A DNA stretch of 64,000 nt from Patescibacteria group bacterium (GCA_038061795.1 JBBTYL010000003.1:41-64040); one strand, 5' to 3'; positions 51,491-61,132 are shown, counted from the stretch's first letter. Numbers and translations: made by a program. The notes: generated by a model not told the origin, from the sequence alone.

Positions 51491-53110
51491 ATGAAAAAAA
51501 TAAAGCACTTCATTAAAACGAGGAAGATTTTAAGCATGCTTATACTGCTCGGGCTCATTGGCGCAGGCTACTGGATTTATGCAAAGTCAACCTCAACTGC
51601 TGGTGAAATGACATATATTACAGCAAAGGCAAAGCTTGGCGATGTAGTCACGAATATCACTGGGACAGGCCAAGTTTCCGCTTCAAGCCAGGTCGAAATA
51701 AAAAGCAAAGCTTCGGGCGATCTTACCTACCTCAATACAGCTGCAAATGGAACAATGATAAAGAAAGGAACGCTCATTGCACAAGTTGATACGCGAGACG
51801 CTGCAATAACTCTTGAAAGCGCTAAGATTGCCTACGAAAAAGCGGTCAAGCCGGCTGACGCTGCTGACATCATTGATGCCGAAAACGCCGTGACGGATGC
51901 TGTGCTAAGTAACCAAAAATCTTATGAGGAAGGATTCAACACGCTCGTCGCGACATTTCTTGATTTGCCTGAGATAGTGAATGGCTTGAATTCCGTTATA
52001 TATTCTCGCGATGGGTATTTGCAGACTGAAAAAGTCAGATCAGTCGGGCAAGTCGCTCTTGCTTACAGGGAAAAAACTGTACTTGGCTACGATAAAGCCA
52101 GTGCCGCCTATGACGACCTTCTGACCGAATTTAAAAATATCTCAAGAACGAGCGCCACGTCTACAATCGAATCATTTACCGGAAAAACTTATTTGCTTGT
52201 AAAAGATATTTCTGAAGCGCTTAAAAACGCCCAAAATGCTGTCGAGTACATAAAAACGCAAAATGATAATGAGAATGCCGAGACTCCGATTACAGACATT
52301 GCAACATGGACATCAACAGCCAATTCTGATCTTACAAGCCTACTTTCATCAAAAACATCCATGATCAGTACAATGCAAGATATTGCTAAGGCAAAAGCTG
52401 ATCTTGCAGACTTGAAAGACGGTCTCGACAGCCTTGACCTTCGATCTCAGCAGCTCTCCCTTCTTCAGAAACAAAATGATTATCAGGACTATTTCATTCG
52501 CGCTCCTTTCGACGGGCTGTTGGCAAAACTTTCTGTAAAGCCGACTGATTCCGTAAGCTCTGGAACAGCGATCGGTACTATCGTTTCAAGCCAAAAGCTT
52601 ACAAGCATCACGCTCAATGAAATCGATGTTTCAAAAGTGCATGTCGGACAGAAGGCGAAGCTGACTTTTGATGCGATCGATGACCTCATCATTGATGGAA
52701 CGGTTACTGCTGTCGATCTTATCGGAACAGTATCTCAGGGTGTTGTAAATTATAACGTCGAAATCGTGTTAGACACCCAAGATGACCGCATTAAGTCTGG
52801 AATGAGCGTCAGTGCTTCGGTCATTGTTGAATCAAAAGAGAATGTTCTGACCGTGCCAAACAGCGCAATCAAAACTCAAGGCAATCTTACATATGTTGAA
52901 GCTGGAAATCCTCCTCATAGGATTCCTGTTAAGGTCGGACTCTCAAACGACACAGTTACTGAAATAATCTCTGGACTCAACGCAGGTGATGAAATAATCA
53001 CAAGAACCGTTGCAGGAACTGCAGCAAAAACTACAGCTGCGGCGGCTCCAAGCCTCTTCGGCGGCGGTACGCGAACGAATTCTGGCAATGCCGTGCGTAT
53101 AAATAGATAA
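51491..53110 (+). CDS. HlyD/MacA-family periplasmic adaptor (membrane fusion) protein
   Basis: N-terminal TM, long coiled-coil hairpin region, and a beta-barrel C-terminal part (VHVGQKAKLTFDAI...GTVTAVD). Precedes the MacB-type ABC genes. Confidence 0.78.
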   Translation: MKKIKHFIKTRKILSMLILLGLIGAGYWIYAKSTSTAGEMTYITAKAKLGDVVTNITGTGQVSASSQVEIKSKASGDLTYLNTAANGTMIKKGTLIAQVDTRDAAITLESAKIAYEKAVKPADAADIIDAENAVTDAVLSNQKSYEEGFNTLVATFLDLPEIVNGLNSVIYSRDGYLQTEKVRSVGQVALAYREKTVLGYDKASAAYDDLLTEFKNISRTSATSTIESFTGKTYLLVKDISEALKNAQNAVEYIKTQNDNENAETPITDIATWTSTANSDLTSLLSSKTSMISTMQDIAKAKADLADLKDGLDSLDLRSQQLSLLQKQNDYQDYFIRAPFDGLLAKLSVKPTDSVSSGTAIGTIVSSQKLTSITLNEIDVSKVHVGQKAKLTFDAIDDLIIDGTVTAVDLIGTVSQGVVNYNVEIVLDTQDDRIKSGMSVSASVIVESKENVLTVPNSAIKTQGNLTYVEAGNPPHRIPVKVGLSNDTVTEIISGLNAGDEIITRTVAGTAAKTTAAAAPSLFGGGTRTNSGNAVRINR

Positions 53111-53121
53111 ATCAAACCTAC

Positions 53122-53823
53122 ATGATCGAAGTAAGAAATGTTACAAAGACATATGAATCTGGCGCTACAAGCTTTCAAGCCCTCAAGGGTGTTAGCTTCG
53201 AGATCAAGGATGGCGAATTCGTCGCTATCATGGGACCTTCTGGTTCTGGAAAATCAACATTGATGCATATTCTTGGAGCCCTTGATACGCCCACGAGTGG
53301 GAAATATCTCCTCGACAACAAAGATGTTTCCAAAATGACCGATGATGCTTTGGCTGATATCAGGCGGGATAAAATCGGGTTCGTCTTTCAATCATTCAAC
53401 CTTCTCCCTCGTGCAAGCGTAATCAGAAATGTGAGTCTTCCCCTTGTCTATGACGGCATCAGGCATGAGGAAAGAGAAAGTCGTGCAAAAAAAGCCTTGC
53501 TTTCCGCTGGATTCGACGAAACACATTTTCATCATCTCTCAAACCAGCTTTCTGGCGGTCAGATACAGCGCGTCGCAATCGCGCGAGCTCTGGTCAATGA
53601 TCCCAAACTAATCCTGGCAGATGAACCGACTGGAAATCTTGATTCCAAAACTGGTGAAATCGTTCTTGGAACTTTCCAAAGACTTAATAAGGAATTCGGA
53701 AGAACCATTATCCTTATTACTCATGAGCATGACGTGGCAGAGCACGCAGATAGAATCATTCACATTAAGGATGGCTCGATCATTAGCGATTCAAAGTCCC
53801 ACAATAGGAGAATTATAAAATAA
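53122..53823 (+). CDS. MacB/LolD-type ABC transporter ATP-binding protein
   Basis: [10 protein letters not shown] Walker [16 protein letters not shown] signature, [12 protein letters not shown] Walker B. Confidence 0.93.
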   Translation: MIEVRNVTKTYESGATSFQALKGVSFEIKDGEFVAIMGPSGSGKSTLMHILGALDTPTSGKYLLDNKDVSKMTDDALADIRRDKIGFVFQSFNLLPRASVIRNVSLPLVYDGIRHEERESRAKKALLSAGFDETHFHHLSNQLSGGQIQRVAIARALVNDPKLILADEPTGNLDSKTGEIVLGTFQRLNKEFGRTIILITHEHDVAEHADRIIHIKDGSIISDSKSHNRRIIK

Positions 53824-53824
53824 C

Positions 53825-55048
53825 ATGACTACTCTAGACATATTTCAGGAAACGTACTCCGCTCTTTCATCAAACAAAGTGCGCTCTGGATTGACCATGC
53901 TTGGCATCGTCATCGGAATAAGCTCTGTTATCGCCATGGTTTCTATTGGGCAGGGCGCTCAGAGCTCCATCCAATCAAGCATCCAGTCCATCGGATCAAA
54001 CCTAATCACTGTTATGCCCGGAGTACAGAGAGGTCCTGGAGTCCAAATAAGCGGCGGTCAAGGATCTGCACGAAGCCTAGTCCAAGCTGATGCTGACGCA
54101 ATTTCAAAAGAGATATCGATCGCACAGGCGGTCTCACCAGAGCTTTCTGGCAGATACCAAATCGTCAGCAAAGGCAAAAATACGAATACCTCCGTCCTCG
54201 GCAGCACACCAAGCTATCCAACCGTCAGGAATGTTGAAATTGATGAAGGAAACTTCATTACGGAGCAGAATATGAAAAGCGCTTCGAAAGTCGTAGTGCT
54301 TGGACCAACGGCACGAGACAGTCTTTTCGGCGAGGGGGCAGAAGCAGTCGGACAAACAATCCGTATCAAGAACATCGAATTTAAGGTCATCGGCGTGACA
54401 AAAACAAAAGGAGGAAGCGGTTTTAGCAATCAGGACGATATAGTTTTCATTCCACTGACATCAGCACAAAGATACATTGTCGGTGATAATTACGTGACAT
54501 CTATCAGCATCCAGGCAAAAGACGCTGAGTCGATGACTCAACTCCAAGAAGATGTTACAAATCTTTTGCTTGATCGACACAACATAAAGGGCGCAACTCT
54601 TGCTGATTTCAGCATTTTTAATCAAGCTGATATAGTTGCTGCTGCGTCAAGCGTTACACAGACATTCACTATCCTGCTTGGGGCTGTTGCGGGTATTTCG
54701 CTTCTCGTTGGCGGAATTGGAATCATGAATATGATGCTCACGACAGTCACAGAAAGAACTCGAGAAATCGGTTTACGCAAAGCGATTGGGGCAAAAAGAA
54801 AAGATATAAATATCCAATTCCTTTCAGAAGCCATTGCTCTTACATTCATCGGGGGGCTCATCGGCGTCATTCTTGGCTGGGCAATCTCCTTCGGTATATC
54901 GTACTTCGGCATTCTACAAACAAGCGTTTCAACCGGATCAATTTTACTCGCCTTTGGGGTTTCAGCTTTTATTGGTATAGTATTTGGGTATTATCCGGCT
55001 CGGCGGGCATCAAAGCTTAACCCGATCGAAGCGCTGAGGTACGAATGA
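53825..55048 (+). CDS. MacB/FtsX-type ABC transporter permease
   Basis: MacB_PCD-like periplasmic domain between TM1 and TM2, and a C-terminal FtsX domain (GGIGIMNMMLTTVTERTREIGLRKAIGA). Confidence 0.9.
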   Translation: MTTLDIFQETYSALSSNKVRSGLTMLGIVIGISSVIAMVSIGQGAQSSIQSSIQSIGSNLITVMPGVQRGPGVQISGGQGSARSLVQADADAISKEISIAQAVSPELSGRYQIVSKGKNTNTSVLGSTPSYPTVRNVEIDEGNFITEQNMKSASKVVVLGPTARDSLFGEGAEAVGQTIRIKNIEFKVIGVTKTKGGSGFSNQDDIVFIPLTSAQRYIVGDNYVTSISIQAKDAESMTQLQEDVTNLLLDRHNIKGATLADFSIFNQADIVAAASSVTQTFTILLGAVAGISLLVGGIGIMNMMLTTVTERTREIGLRKAIGAKRKDINIQFLSEAIALTFIGGLIGVILGWAISFGISYFGILQTSVSTGSILLAFGVSAFIGIVFGYYPARRASKLNPIEALRYE

Positions 55049-55051
55049 CGC

Positions 55052-56263
55052 ATGAATAAAACAAAAATAGTAATCGTCGGCGGAGGCTTCGGAGGCATCT
55101 ATACGGCTAAAAATCTTGAGAAGTTTTTTGACTGTGAGACAGCTGAAATCACGCTTATAAATCCGTCAAACTACTTCCTTTTCACTCCTCTGCTTCATGA
55201 AGTCGCGACTGGCGGCCTATCTCCAGAAAGCATCGTCGAACCAATTCGCGAAGTTTTCCGCGGCGATTGCATAAAGTTCGTCGAGGACACTGTCGTGGAA
55301 ATAAAATCAGGAACCAAGGAAGTGATAACATCGCGGGTTACTTATTCGTATGATTATCTCGTCATTTCTGCGGGTGCAGAAACGAACTATTTCGGGACTC
55401 CAGGCGCAAAGGAAAATGCCTTTGCGCTTAAAAACCTTAGCGATGCGATTGCATTGCGTAATCATATCATCACGACCTGCGAGAAGGCAGTTCTTGAGAA
55501 GAACAAAAGCCTGTTAAGCTTCGCGATTGTCGGGGCTGGCGCGACTGGCGTAGAACTTGCTGCAGAGCTGATTGAGTACGTGCAGCATACCATCTGCTCA
55601 TACCACAGAGACTCGGGATTCGGAGAAGAGGATATAAAAGTTACTCTCATAACCGCAACGCCAGATGTAATTTCTCAATTCCCCATCAAGATGCGGGACA
55701 TTGCCCTCAAGGAACTTAACGCGCGAGGAATAGTGGTTACAGCAAATTCCATTGTAGCAAAAGTGGATCCTCACGCCATTACTTTCAAGGATGGGCAAAT
55801 ATTGAATGCTCATACGCTTATATGGGTTGCGGGAGTTACCCCATCACTTGCATCAATTAAAGGAGTTGATGTCGGTCCAAAGAAGCGGATTGAAGTAAAT
55901 GAATCATTACAAAGCCTAAAAAATCCTGAGATATTCGCTCTAGGAGATGCTTCTGGAGCATTCCCCATGCTTGCGCAAGTCGCTGTGCGGCAGGCAAAAG
56001 TAGTCGCAAACAATATTTCCGCCCTGGTTGCTGGAAAAAAGCTCTTAAATTTCTCATTCGATCAGAAAATCCTGCTTATTTCTCTAGGACAATGGTATGC
56101 AGCCGGGCATTTCTGGAAAATCACTCTTCGCGGACCTGTCATGTGGTGGATATGGAGAACCGTTTATCTTTTCAACTTCCTGTCATGGCGAAAAAAGATT
56201 GAAATAGTCGCGGAATGGACCATCAACCTTTTTTATCCGAGAGACATTACCCTTATCAAATAG
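55052..56263 (+). CDS. ndh: Type II NADH dehydrogenase (NDH-2) family flavoprotein
   Basis: KIVIVGGGFGGIYTAKNL and a second IVGAGATGVELAAEL dinucleotide fold. Starts 4 nt after the permease stop. Confidence 0.85.
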   Translation: MNKTKIVIVGGGFGGIYTAKNLEKFFDCETAEITLINPSNYFLFTPLLHEVATGGLSPESIVEPIREVFRGDCIKFVEDTVVEIKSGTKEVITSRVTYSYDYLVISAGAETNYFGTPGAKENAFALKNLSDAIALRNHIITTCEKAVLEKNKSLLSFAIVGAGATGVELAAELIEYVQHTICSYHRDSGFGEEDIKVTLITATPDVISQFPIKMRDIALKELNARGIVVTANSIVAKVDPHAITFKDGQILNAHTLIWVAGVTPSLASIKGVDVGPKKRIEVNESLQSLKNPEIFALGDASGAFPMLAQVAVRQAKVVANNISALVAGKKLLNFSFDQKILLISLGQWYAAGHFWKITLRGPVMWWIWRTVYLFNFLSWRKKIEIVAEWTINLFYPRDITLIK

Positions 56264-56265
56264 GC

Positions 56266-57828
56266 CTAGAAAAGATTTCTGAAGAAATTAAAAATCTTCT
56301 GGAAAAATCCTCCGGACGCATCAAGGGCGCTTGCTGTCTGTGTCTGTTGCGGTTCCTGAATTGCTGGAATTTCTGCTATTATGTTTTCTGGTTCAACAAA
56401 CCCGACCTCAATATTGCTTGGCGGTACGAACTCTTCATCATCAGATGACGACAAATTCCTCTTGTAGCTTTCGATTGCCGCAAGCTGCTCAGGGGTCAAA
56501 GCGAACGAAGACTTGCAATAGATTTCATTGATCTTTTTCTTTGTAGTGTATGACACGATTCCGGAAGCCGTCTGGAGACCCCATGGAAGCATGACATCTT
56601 CAATATACTTTGTCTGGAATGCCTTCACTGCATCAAGCGTGACCTGATCAAACACGCCGTCTATTGCGACATCGATTCCTTCAGAATTCAAAAGGAATGT
56701 CTGAAGCTTTGTGACCTCCGCTGGATCATTGCTGCTTTTTATATTGAGATAATCTTTTATATACGTGCAGCTTCCGATGTCAGAAAGTGCTGGCAGGCTG
56801 GTCGCTGATGACACGATGGTTGTCTTTCTAGAACTGCCAGTTGAACTACTTCCTGAACGCGTGTTCTGGCTTTCTGCGGCAATGATTTCATCGCCATTCG
56901 AACCCTGTCCGTCGGGATCTCCCTCAGGACCATTTGATCCTTGTCCGTTTGGAATTATGCCATCTCCTTCGTTGCCGTTACTTCCCTGACCATTCGGAAT
57001 GATTCCGTCACCCTCATCATTATCATTGCCACCCTGGCCATTAGGAATGATTCCTCCGCCCCCTTCATCGCCTTGTCCTCCGCCATTTGGGATATAGGTA
57101 ACATCATTATAGGTTAAAGTGCAGCTATATATTACTCCTGGCAAAGCTGTTCCTACACACCCTTCATATGAAATTGAATACGAAGCGTTTTCAGAGCCAG
57201 TTACATTGAATACTGAAGGATCAATCACGACATCAATAGAAGCTGTTGATCCGGGAAAAGATGCCTGTGAAGGATTTCCAGCGTCAATAGAGACAATGAA
57301 GTCAGAAGCAGAAGCGCCACCTGCATCGTCATTGATTACATTTGTAACTACGGAAATAGTTGAAGTTGCAACAACAAATGAATCGTCTGTTGCTTCTTCA
57401 TCTACACGGATTTTAATATCAAAGTATCCTGTCTCTCCACAAATAATTTCTCCGCAAACGAGAATGACCTTATATCGATCAGCAGGAACACTGGACATAT
57501 CGAAAGCTGTAATGATACGGGAAGTCGAACCTCCTACAACCATTGTAGACATCGTGCCACCAGAAGCTGGTGGCAAAGATTCTTGAGCTTCTGTTCTTAG
57601 AGACAATGACACTGACTCAGAAAAAGCATCGGATAAAGAAATCGTAAAAGCTTCATCAGTGTAATAAATTCCACCTTCCACTGGCGAATTAACTGTCACA
57701 AAAGCAGGTTCTATAGCAGCTTTTGCTGAAAAAGGAGCAATTCCTAAAAAGAGTCCCAAAATAAGCACCATTATCAGAGTCCTGCATGAAAAATTCTTCA
57801 TAAATTGATTTCGTTCGTTATTCTTCAT
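56266..57828 (-). CDS. Secreted repeat protein with a C-terminal peptidoglycan-binding (PG_binding_1-like) domain
   Basis: Signal peptide LIMVLILGLFLGIAPFSAKA. (G)IIPNGQGSNG.EGD tandem repeats. LQTFLLNSEGIDVAIDGVFDQVTLDAVKAFQ PG-binding motif. Start ambiguous (57801, 57828 or 57867). Confidence 0.68.
   Translation of the reverse strand: MKNNERNQFMKNFSCRTLIMVLILGLFLGIAPFSAKAAIEPAFVTVNSPVEGGIYYTDEAFTISLSDAFSESVSLSLRTEAQESLPPASGGTMSTMVVGGSTSRIITAFDMSSVPADRYKVILVCGEIICGETGYFDIKIRVDEEATDDSFVVATSTISVVTNVINDDAGGASASDFIVSIDAGNPSQASFPGSTASIDVVIDPSVFNVTGSENASYSISYEGCVGTALPGVIYSCTLTYNDVTYIPNGGGQGDEGGGGIIPNGQGGNDNDEGDGIIPNGQGSNGNEGDGIIPNGQGSNGPEGDPDGQGSNGDEIIAAESQNTRSGSSSTGSSRKTTIVSSATSLPALSDIGSCTYIKDYLNIKSSNDPAEVTKLQTFLLNSEGIDVAIDGVFDQVTLDAVKAFQTKYIEDVMLPWGLQTASGIVSYTTKKKINEIYCKSSFALTPEQLAAIESYKRNLSSSDDEEFVPPSNIEVGFVEPENIIAEIPAIQEPQQTQTASALDASGGFFQKIFNFFRNLF
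56884..57096 (-). repeat. In-frame tandem repeats (period about 48-51 nt) encoding IIPNGQG(S/G)N(G/D)x(E/D)GD
   Basis: Four to five copies are visible in both the translation and the DNA. Confidence 0.75.
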
Positions 57829-57838
57829 TAATGCTTGA

Positions 57839-57867
57839 TTCATATCACCTTTTAGGTAAAATGTCAA
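57839..57867 (-). promoter_or_regulatory. Promoter-like TTGACA-N17-TATGAA upstream of the repeat-protein gene
   Basis: Perfect -35 at 57862..57867 with a 17-nt spacer. The -10 is imperfect (last base A). Confidence 0.35.
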
Positions 57868-57925
57868 GCACTCAAAAAATTAAGGGTAAAGTGGGAAACA
57901 CTTCAATTATACACCATATTCCCTG

Positions 57926-58090
57926 CTATCTGCTCATTCTGAATCCCAGCCAGATTCCGCAGATGCCGCCGATTATGCTAAAAATGATTGAAGAAAATGA
58001 AAAATAACCAGCGCCCCAAAGAAGCGGAAGCAGGCTTCCCCCATACGATCCCACTATCATTCCTGTGTAAATCAGAGTTTTTGGCGACAT
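57926..58090 (-). CDS. Small 2-TM membrane protein, 54 aa (MSPKTLIYTGMIVGSYGGSLLPLLWGAGYFSFSSIIFSIIGGICGIWLGFRMSR)
   Basis: Hand-translated ATG..TAG ORF, Gly-rich TM helices. Below the ORF-track cutoff. Confidence 0.35.
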   Translation of the reverse strand: MSPKTLIYTGMIVGSYGGSLLPLLWGAGYFSFSSIIFSIIGGICGIWLGFRMSR

Positions 58091-58105
58091 GACAGTCAAT
58101 TGACA

Positions 58106-58636
58106 CTATTGAGGCCTAACGGAAAACGAAAAGCGATATTCGTCATCAGCAGTCTTGCGTGTTGAAACAGGATATGGAACGACCTGATCAAGCGTAATTG
58201 ATAAACTTTCGATTGCAATGGTCTGACCCTCTTCGATTTCTGCAGTCGAGGACCCAACATTTAGAGCGACTTTTGCCCTGCCGGATTGAATGCAGGTTAC
58301 GTCAGAAGGACAACGGCTGTCCTCTGTCACCGCCAATGCTATGAGTTCCATACCATTAAAGTCAAAAGGTTCATTTAGCCCGAGTGTCGCCTTGACCGTC
58401 GTCGAAGTCGCCGTAACGTCAGGACAGACGAATTCGCACTTCAGGCCAGTGCGTCCGACATATGAACCATCCGGGCACATCATCGCGTCCATAGTGCAAA
58501 TTACCGTTTCTGTCTCTTTGACTTCCTCAACTGGCACAACGTGCTCTGGCGCATTGTTCTTTATAAAGCTCTTGATCTTTGTAGCGACAGAAAGGCCGAT
58601 GATCAAAAGCAGAATTGTTATGAGAGGTTTTTGCAT
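58106..58636 (-). CDS. Secreted Cys-containing hypothetical protein (176 aa)
   Basis: Signal/TM MQKPLITILLLIIGLSVA. No family recognised. Confidence 0.5.
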   Translation of the reverse strand: MQKPLITILLLIIGLSVATKIKSFIKNNAPEHVVPVEEVKETETVICTMDAMMCPDGSYVGRTGLKCEFVCPDVTATSTTVKATLGLNEPFDFNGMELIALAVTEDSRCPSDVTCIQSGRAKVALNVGSSTAEIEEGQTIAIESLSITLDQVVPYPVSTRKTADDEYRFSFSVRPQ

Positions 58637-58675
58637 ATATCCGAATTATATAAAAAGATATCGGGTGCCGCAAGA

Positions 58676-58711
58676 GCAAATAAAACAAAGCCGCTGGGTA
58701 AGCAGCGGCTT
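58676..58711 (-). terminator. Rho-independent terminator after the dehydroquinase-like gene
   Basis: Minus strand AAGCCGCUG-N6-CAGCGGCUU followed by UGUUUUAUUUG. Confidence 0.6.
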
Positions 58712-58731
58712 GCATGAAAAAACCGATTGAT

Positions 58732-59487
58732 TCACATAACGCCTCGCAGTTTGAGATCCTCTCGAACGTCATGGTCGTCAATTAATTCGTAGATAGACAC
58801 CTGGCCGGCAGCGGTAGGATTAAGCCCTGGCACGTATCCATACGTCGCCCATGACCCGTCGCGGACGCATCGAAATCGTTCCCGCGTTGCAAGTTCTCCC
58901 ATCGGGAAAGCGATGAGAGGCGTGTTGCCGCCATAGCGCCGCAAAGCGTCTCTTACAAGCTTGCAGTCCCCTTCTTTGACCGCCTTACTGACGAACTTGA
59001 AGAAAGCGCAGAGCGGAAAAGTCTCGAATTCCCTCACGGCTTCTTCTGGCTGGTCAGGCGTACCCTAGAGACGATGATCTGAAATACCGATTTTTTTCCA
59101 AGAAAACGGCGGGGTTAAATTTCGATCAATCACCCACCGCGCCAGATCGACGGCCCAATCAACAAACACATTTGAAGATGGATTTGCAATCTTCATGACA
59201 ATCGGGTCAGGAAGCGAATTCCAAAATTTCCATTGATCTTCAGGGGTAATGACGCGCATTCCTCCCTGCGATTTAGGACGCAATGCAAGAATCATGGGCT
59301 TGTCTGAAAAAAGCCCGTACAGATGTGCATAGAGAAAACTGATAAGATCAGTATTCCGCATGCCATCTAGACGAATCTCCACTGATGTGGCCACGCACGT
59401 GCGCCAGTAAACGGAGATGAGTTTTGAACTTTCGGAAGGGCACATCGAGGCGATGACCCCGAAATAAGGAGTAGTGTTAATGAGCAT
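58732..59487 (-). pseudogene. Type I 3-dehydroquinate dehydratase-like gene interrupted by one in-frame TAG (59065..59067)
   Basis: SVEIRLDG, KPMILALRPKSQGG, ISDHRL*GTP, FFKFVSKA, LIAFPMGELATRERF and AAGQVSIYEL align by eye with AroD motifs. The two track ORFs are in the same frame, separated only by TAG. Confidence 0.6.
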
Positions 59488-59497
59488 AATACTCTAC

Positions 59498-59526
59498 TTT
59501 ATACAACTAACCTACTCTATAGTCAA
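59498..59526 (-). promoter_or_regulatory. Promoter TTGACT-N17-TATAAA upstream of the dehydroquinase-like gene
   Basis: -35 at 59521..59526 and -10 at 59498..59503. The ATG lies 10 nt after the -10. Confidence 0.5.
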
Positions 59527-59607
59527 CTTGACTACAAAAAGCATATTAAGTAAGACACCCCGCAGCTTGCACAGCCGCGGGGTGGTGAAATCGGTTGATG
59601 TCATGGT

Positions 59608-60381
59608 TTACTTCTTGGGGCTGGCTGTCAAAACGCGAAGGCGTTCGATACCGGCCCTGATGCAGACGGCCTCGGGACTCAAAGCTGTAACGTCACGCAA
59701 CTCCAGGACAACCTTGCCGACGGTTTGCTCAACGAGTTCGACCGACAGGCCAAACGCATCGGCAACGTCTTTGACATTCAACTTGGGGTTGGTCTGCAGA
59801 TACGAGTGAATGAGCAACGCGATCATCGGGTGGACTTCGCCGTTGCTGACGAACTTCAGAAGTTTCGGCTTCGGTGAGTCTGATGGTGAAGCTGGTGCCT
59901 GCACACCGCGTTTCTTGTACGGACGACGGGTCTTTTTCCCAATCTTCTTGGCGCGGACTGTGCGAGGTTTCTTGCCTGCAGGGTTTTCATCACCTGCACC
60001 ACTAGCACCCTCTTCATCCTTGAACTTGATGTCATCAACTTCGCCGAACTTCTTCACAACGGCAGCCAAGGTGGCGTCAGCCATCGCTTTGAAGTTCTTG
60101 CCGTAGTCCGAATCAGCTTCGTAAAACTCACGAGCAGAATCCGTCAAGAGATGCACATTTGCTGGGCTGCAATTGCCGAAATGTGGACACATGACTTTCT
60201 TGTCATACTCCAATTTATCAATGACAACAAATACGGCCACGCGACGGATGAACCCAACCATTTTGTTCTTGCCTCCGGCGACAATGTCTTCCTTGGTCGT
60301 GCCTGCTTCTTTTGCTGACTCGCTCTCGAGTGAAAAAGCAAAAATAAACTCGATGAGCTCGTTTAGTGTCTTTGTCTTCAT
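59608..60381 (-). CDS. Hypothetical protein with a central Lys/Arg/Pro-rich segment and a possible C-terminal HTH (257 aa), G+C-rich
   Basis: Long ORF followed by the hairpin 59556..59584. No family recognised. Confidence 0.5.
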   Translation of the reverse strand: MKTKTLNELIEFIFAFSLESESAKEAGTTKEDIVAGGKNKMVGFIRRVAVFVVIDKLEYDKKVMCPHFGNCSPANVHLLTDSAREFYEADSDYGKNFKAMADATLAAVVKKFGEVDDIKFKDEEGASGAGDENPAGKKPRTVRAKKIGKKTRRPYKKRGVQAPASPSDSPKPKLLKFVSNGEVHPMIALLIHSYLQTNPKLNVKDVADAFGLSVELVEQTVGKVVLELRDVTALSPEAVCIRAGIERLRVLTASPKK

Positions 60382-60418
60382 GTACTATCTTTTTCTTGGT
60401 TTACTGCGATTATGTTTC

Positions 60419-61132
60419 CTACACTTTCGGTATCTTAAAAAAGAAGGGTTGTTTTACTTTTGGAATTACCTTCTTCTCGGCCTGTCCATTTTTCACTGGT
60501 TCAGACCCCACTACCTCAACAACCGGAACAGCCGGCTGTGGAACGGGTGCGACTTCGTTGGAGTTTTCCTCCTTTTGTATTCTGCTGTAATTTTTACTGA
60601 ATATGAACTTATGGCTGTTGGTCCTTTGCTTTTTGGGAGCCTTAGGAAACGCCTCCTGTCCATCCTCATCCTCAAATGAAGGCGCCATGTCCGAAGCCCA
60701 ATTCAGATTGGGCAATTCGACTTTGATGCCATCAAGCGTTTCTCCAGTCCGATACCTTTTGGGATTAAACTGGATGATCTCAACATGGTCTGAAACCGGC
60801 ACACAACGAAGTGTCCAATTTCTTGAAAAACCAAAGCATTCGGAAAAGTTCATTGGCCCTTCCCGCGCTCCAAAGATGAGAGACGGTTTCATCGAACCGT
60901 ATTCGAATTCCTCCATGGTACCGTCGGCAGTATTGAGCGCAACGAGCCTGAATTGGACCGCGCGCTTGTAACTTCCGAGATAAAATGGGACTGTCCAGTA
61001 TTCAAGGAAAATCCTCAAGCCAGACAGCGGAATGCTTCCATCAAAGTACGGACTCTCGTGGGTCGTAACAACCGAAGTAACCTCAAGAACTGTTTTGCCA
61101 GCTCTCGAAGACAACGTATTTTTTGTTTTCAT
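60419..61132 (-). CDS. Hypothetical protein (237 aa from MKTKNTL), G+C-rich
   Basis: Long ORF. The track starts it at 61189. No family recognised. Confidence 0.45.
   Translation of the reverse strand: MKTKNTLSSRAGKTVLEVTSVVTTHESPYFDGSIPLSGLRIFLEYWTVPFYLGSYKRAVQFRLVALNTADGTMEEFEYGSMKPSLIFGAREGPMNFSECFGFSRNWTLRCVPVSDHVEIIQFNPKRYRTGETLDGIKVELPNLNWASDMAPSFEDEDGQEAFPKAPKKQRTNSHKFIFSKNYSRIQKEENSNEVAPVPQPAVPVVEVVGSEPVKNGQAEKKVIPKVKQPFFFKIPKV

Noticed and set aside
59065-59067. TAG reassigned as a sense codon (alternative genetic code)
   Set aside because: TAG clearly terminates well-conserved genes in this window at their expected C-termini (pepF-like at 9266, leuS at 19448, uvrC at 34979). A single nonsense mutation or sequencing error is the simpler explanation.
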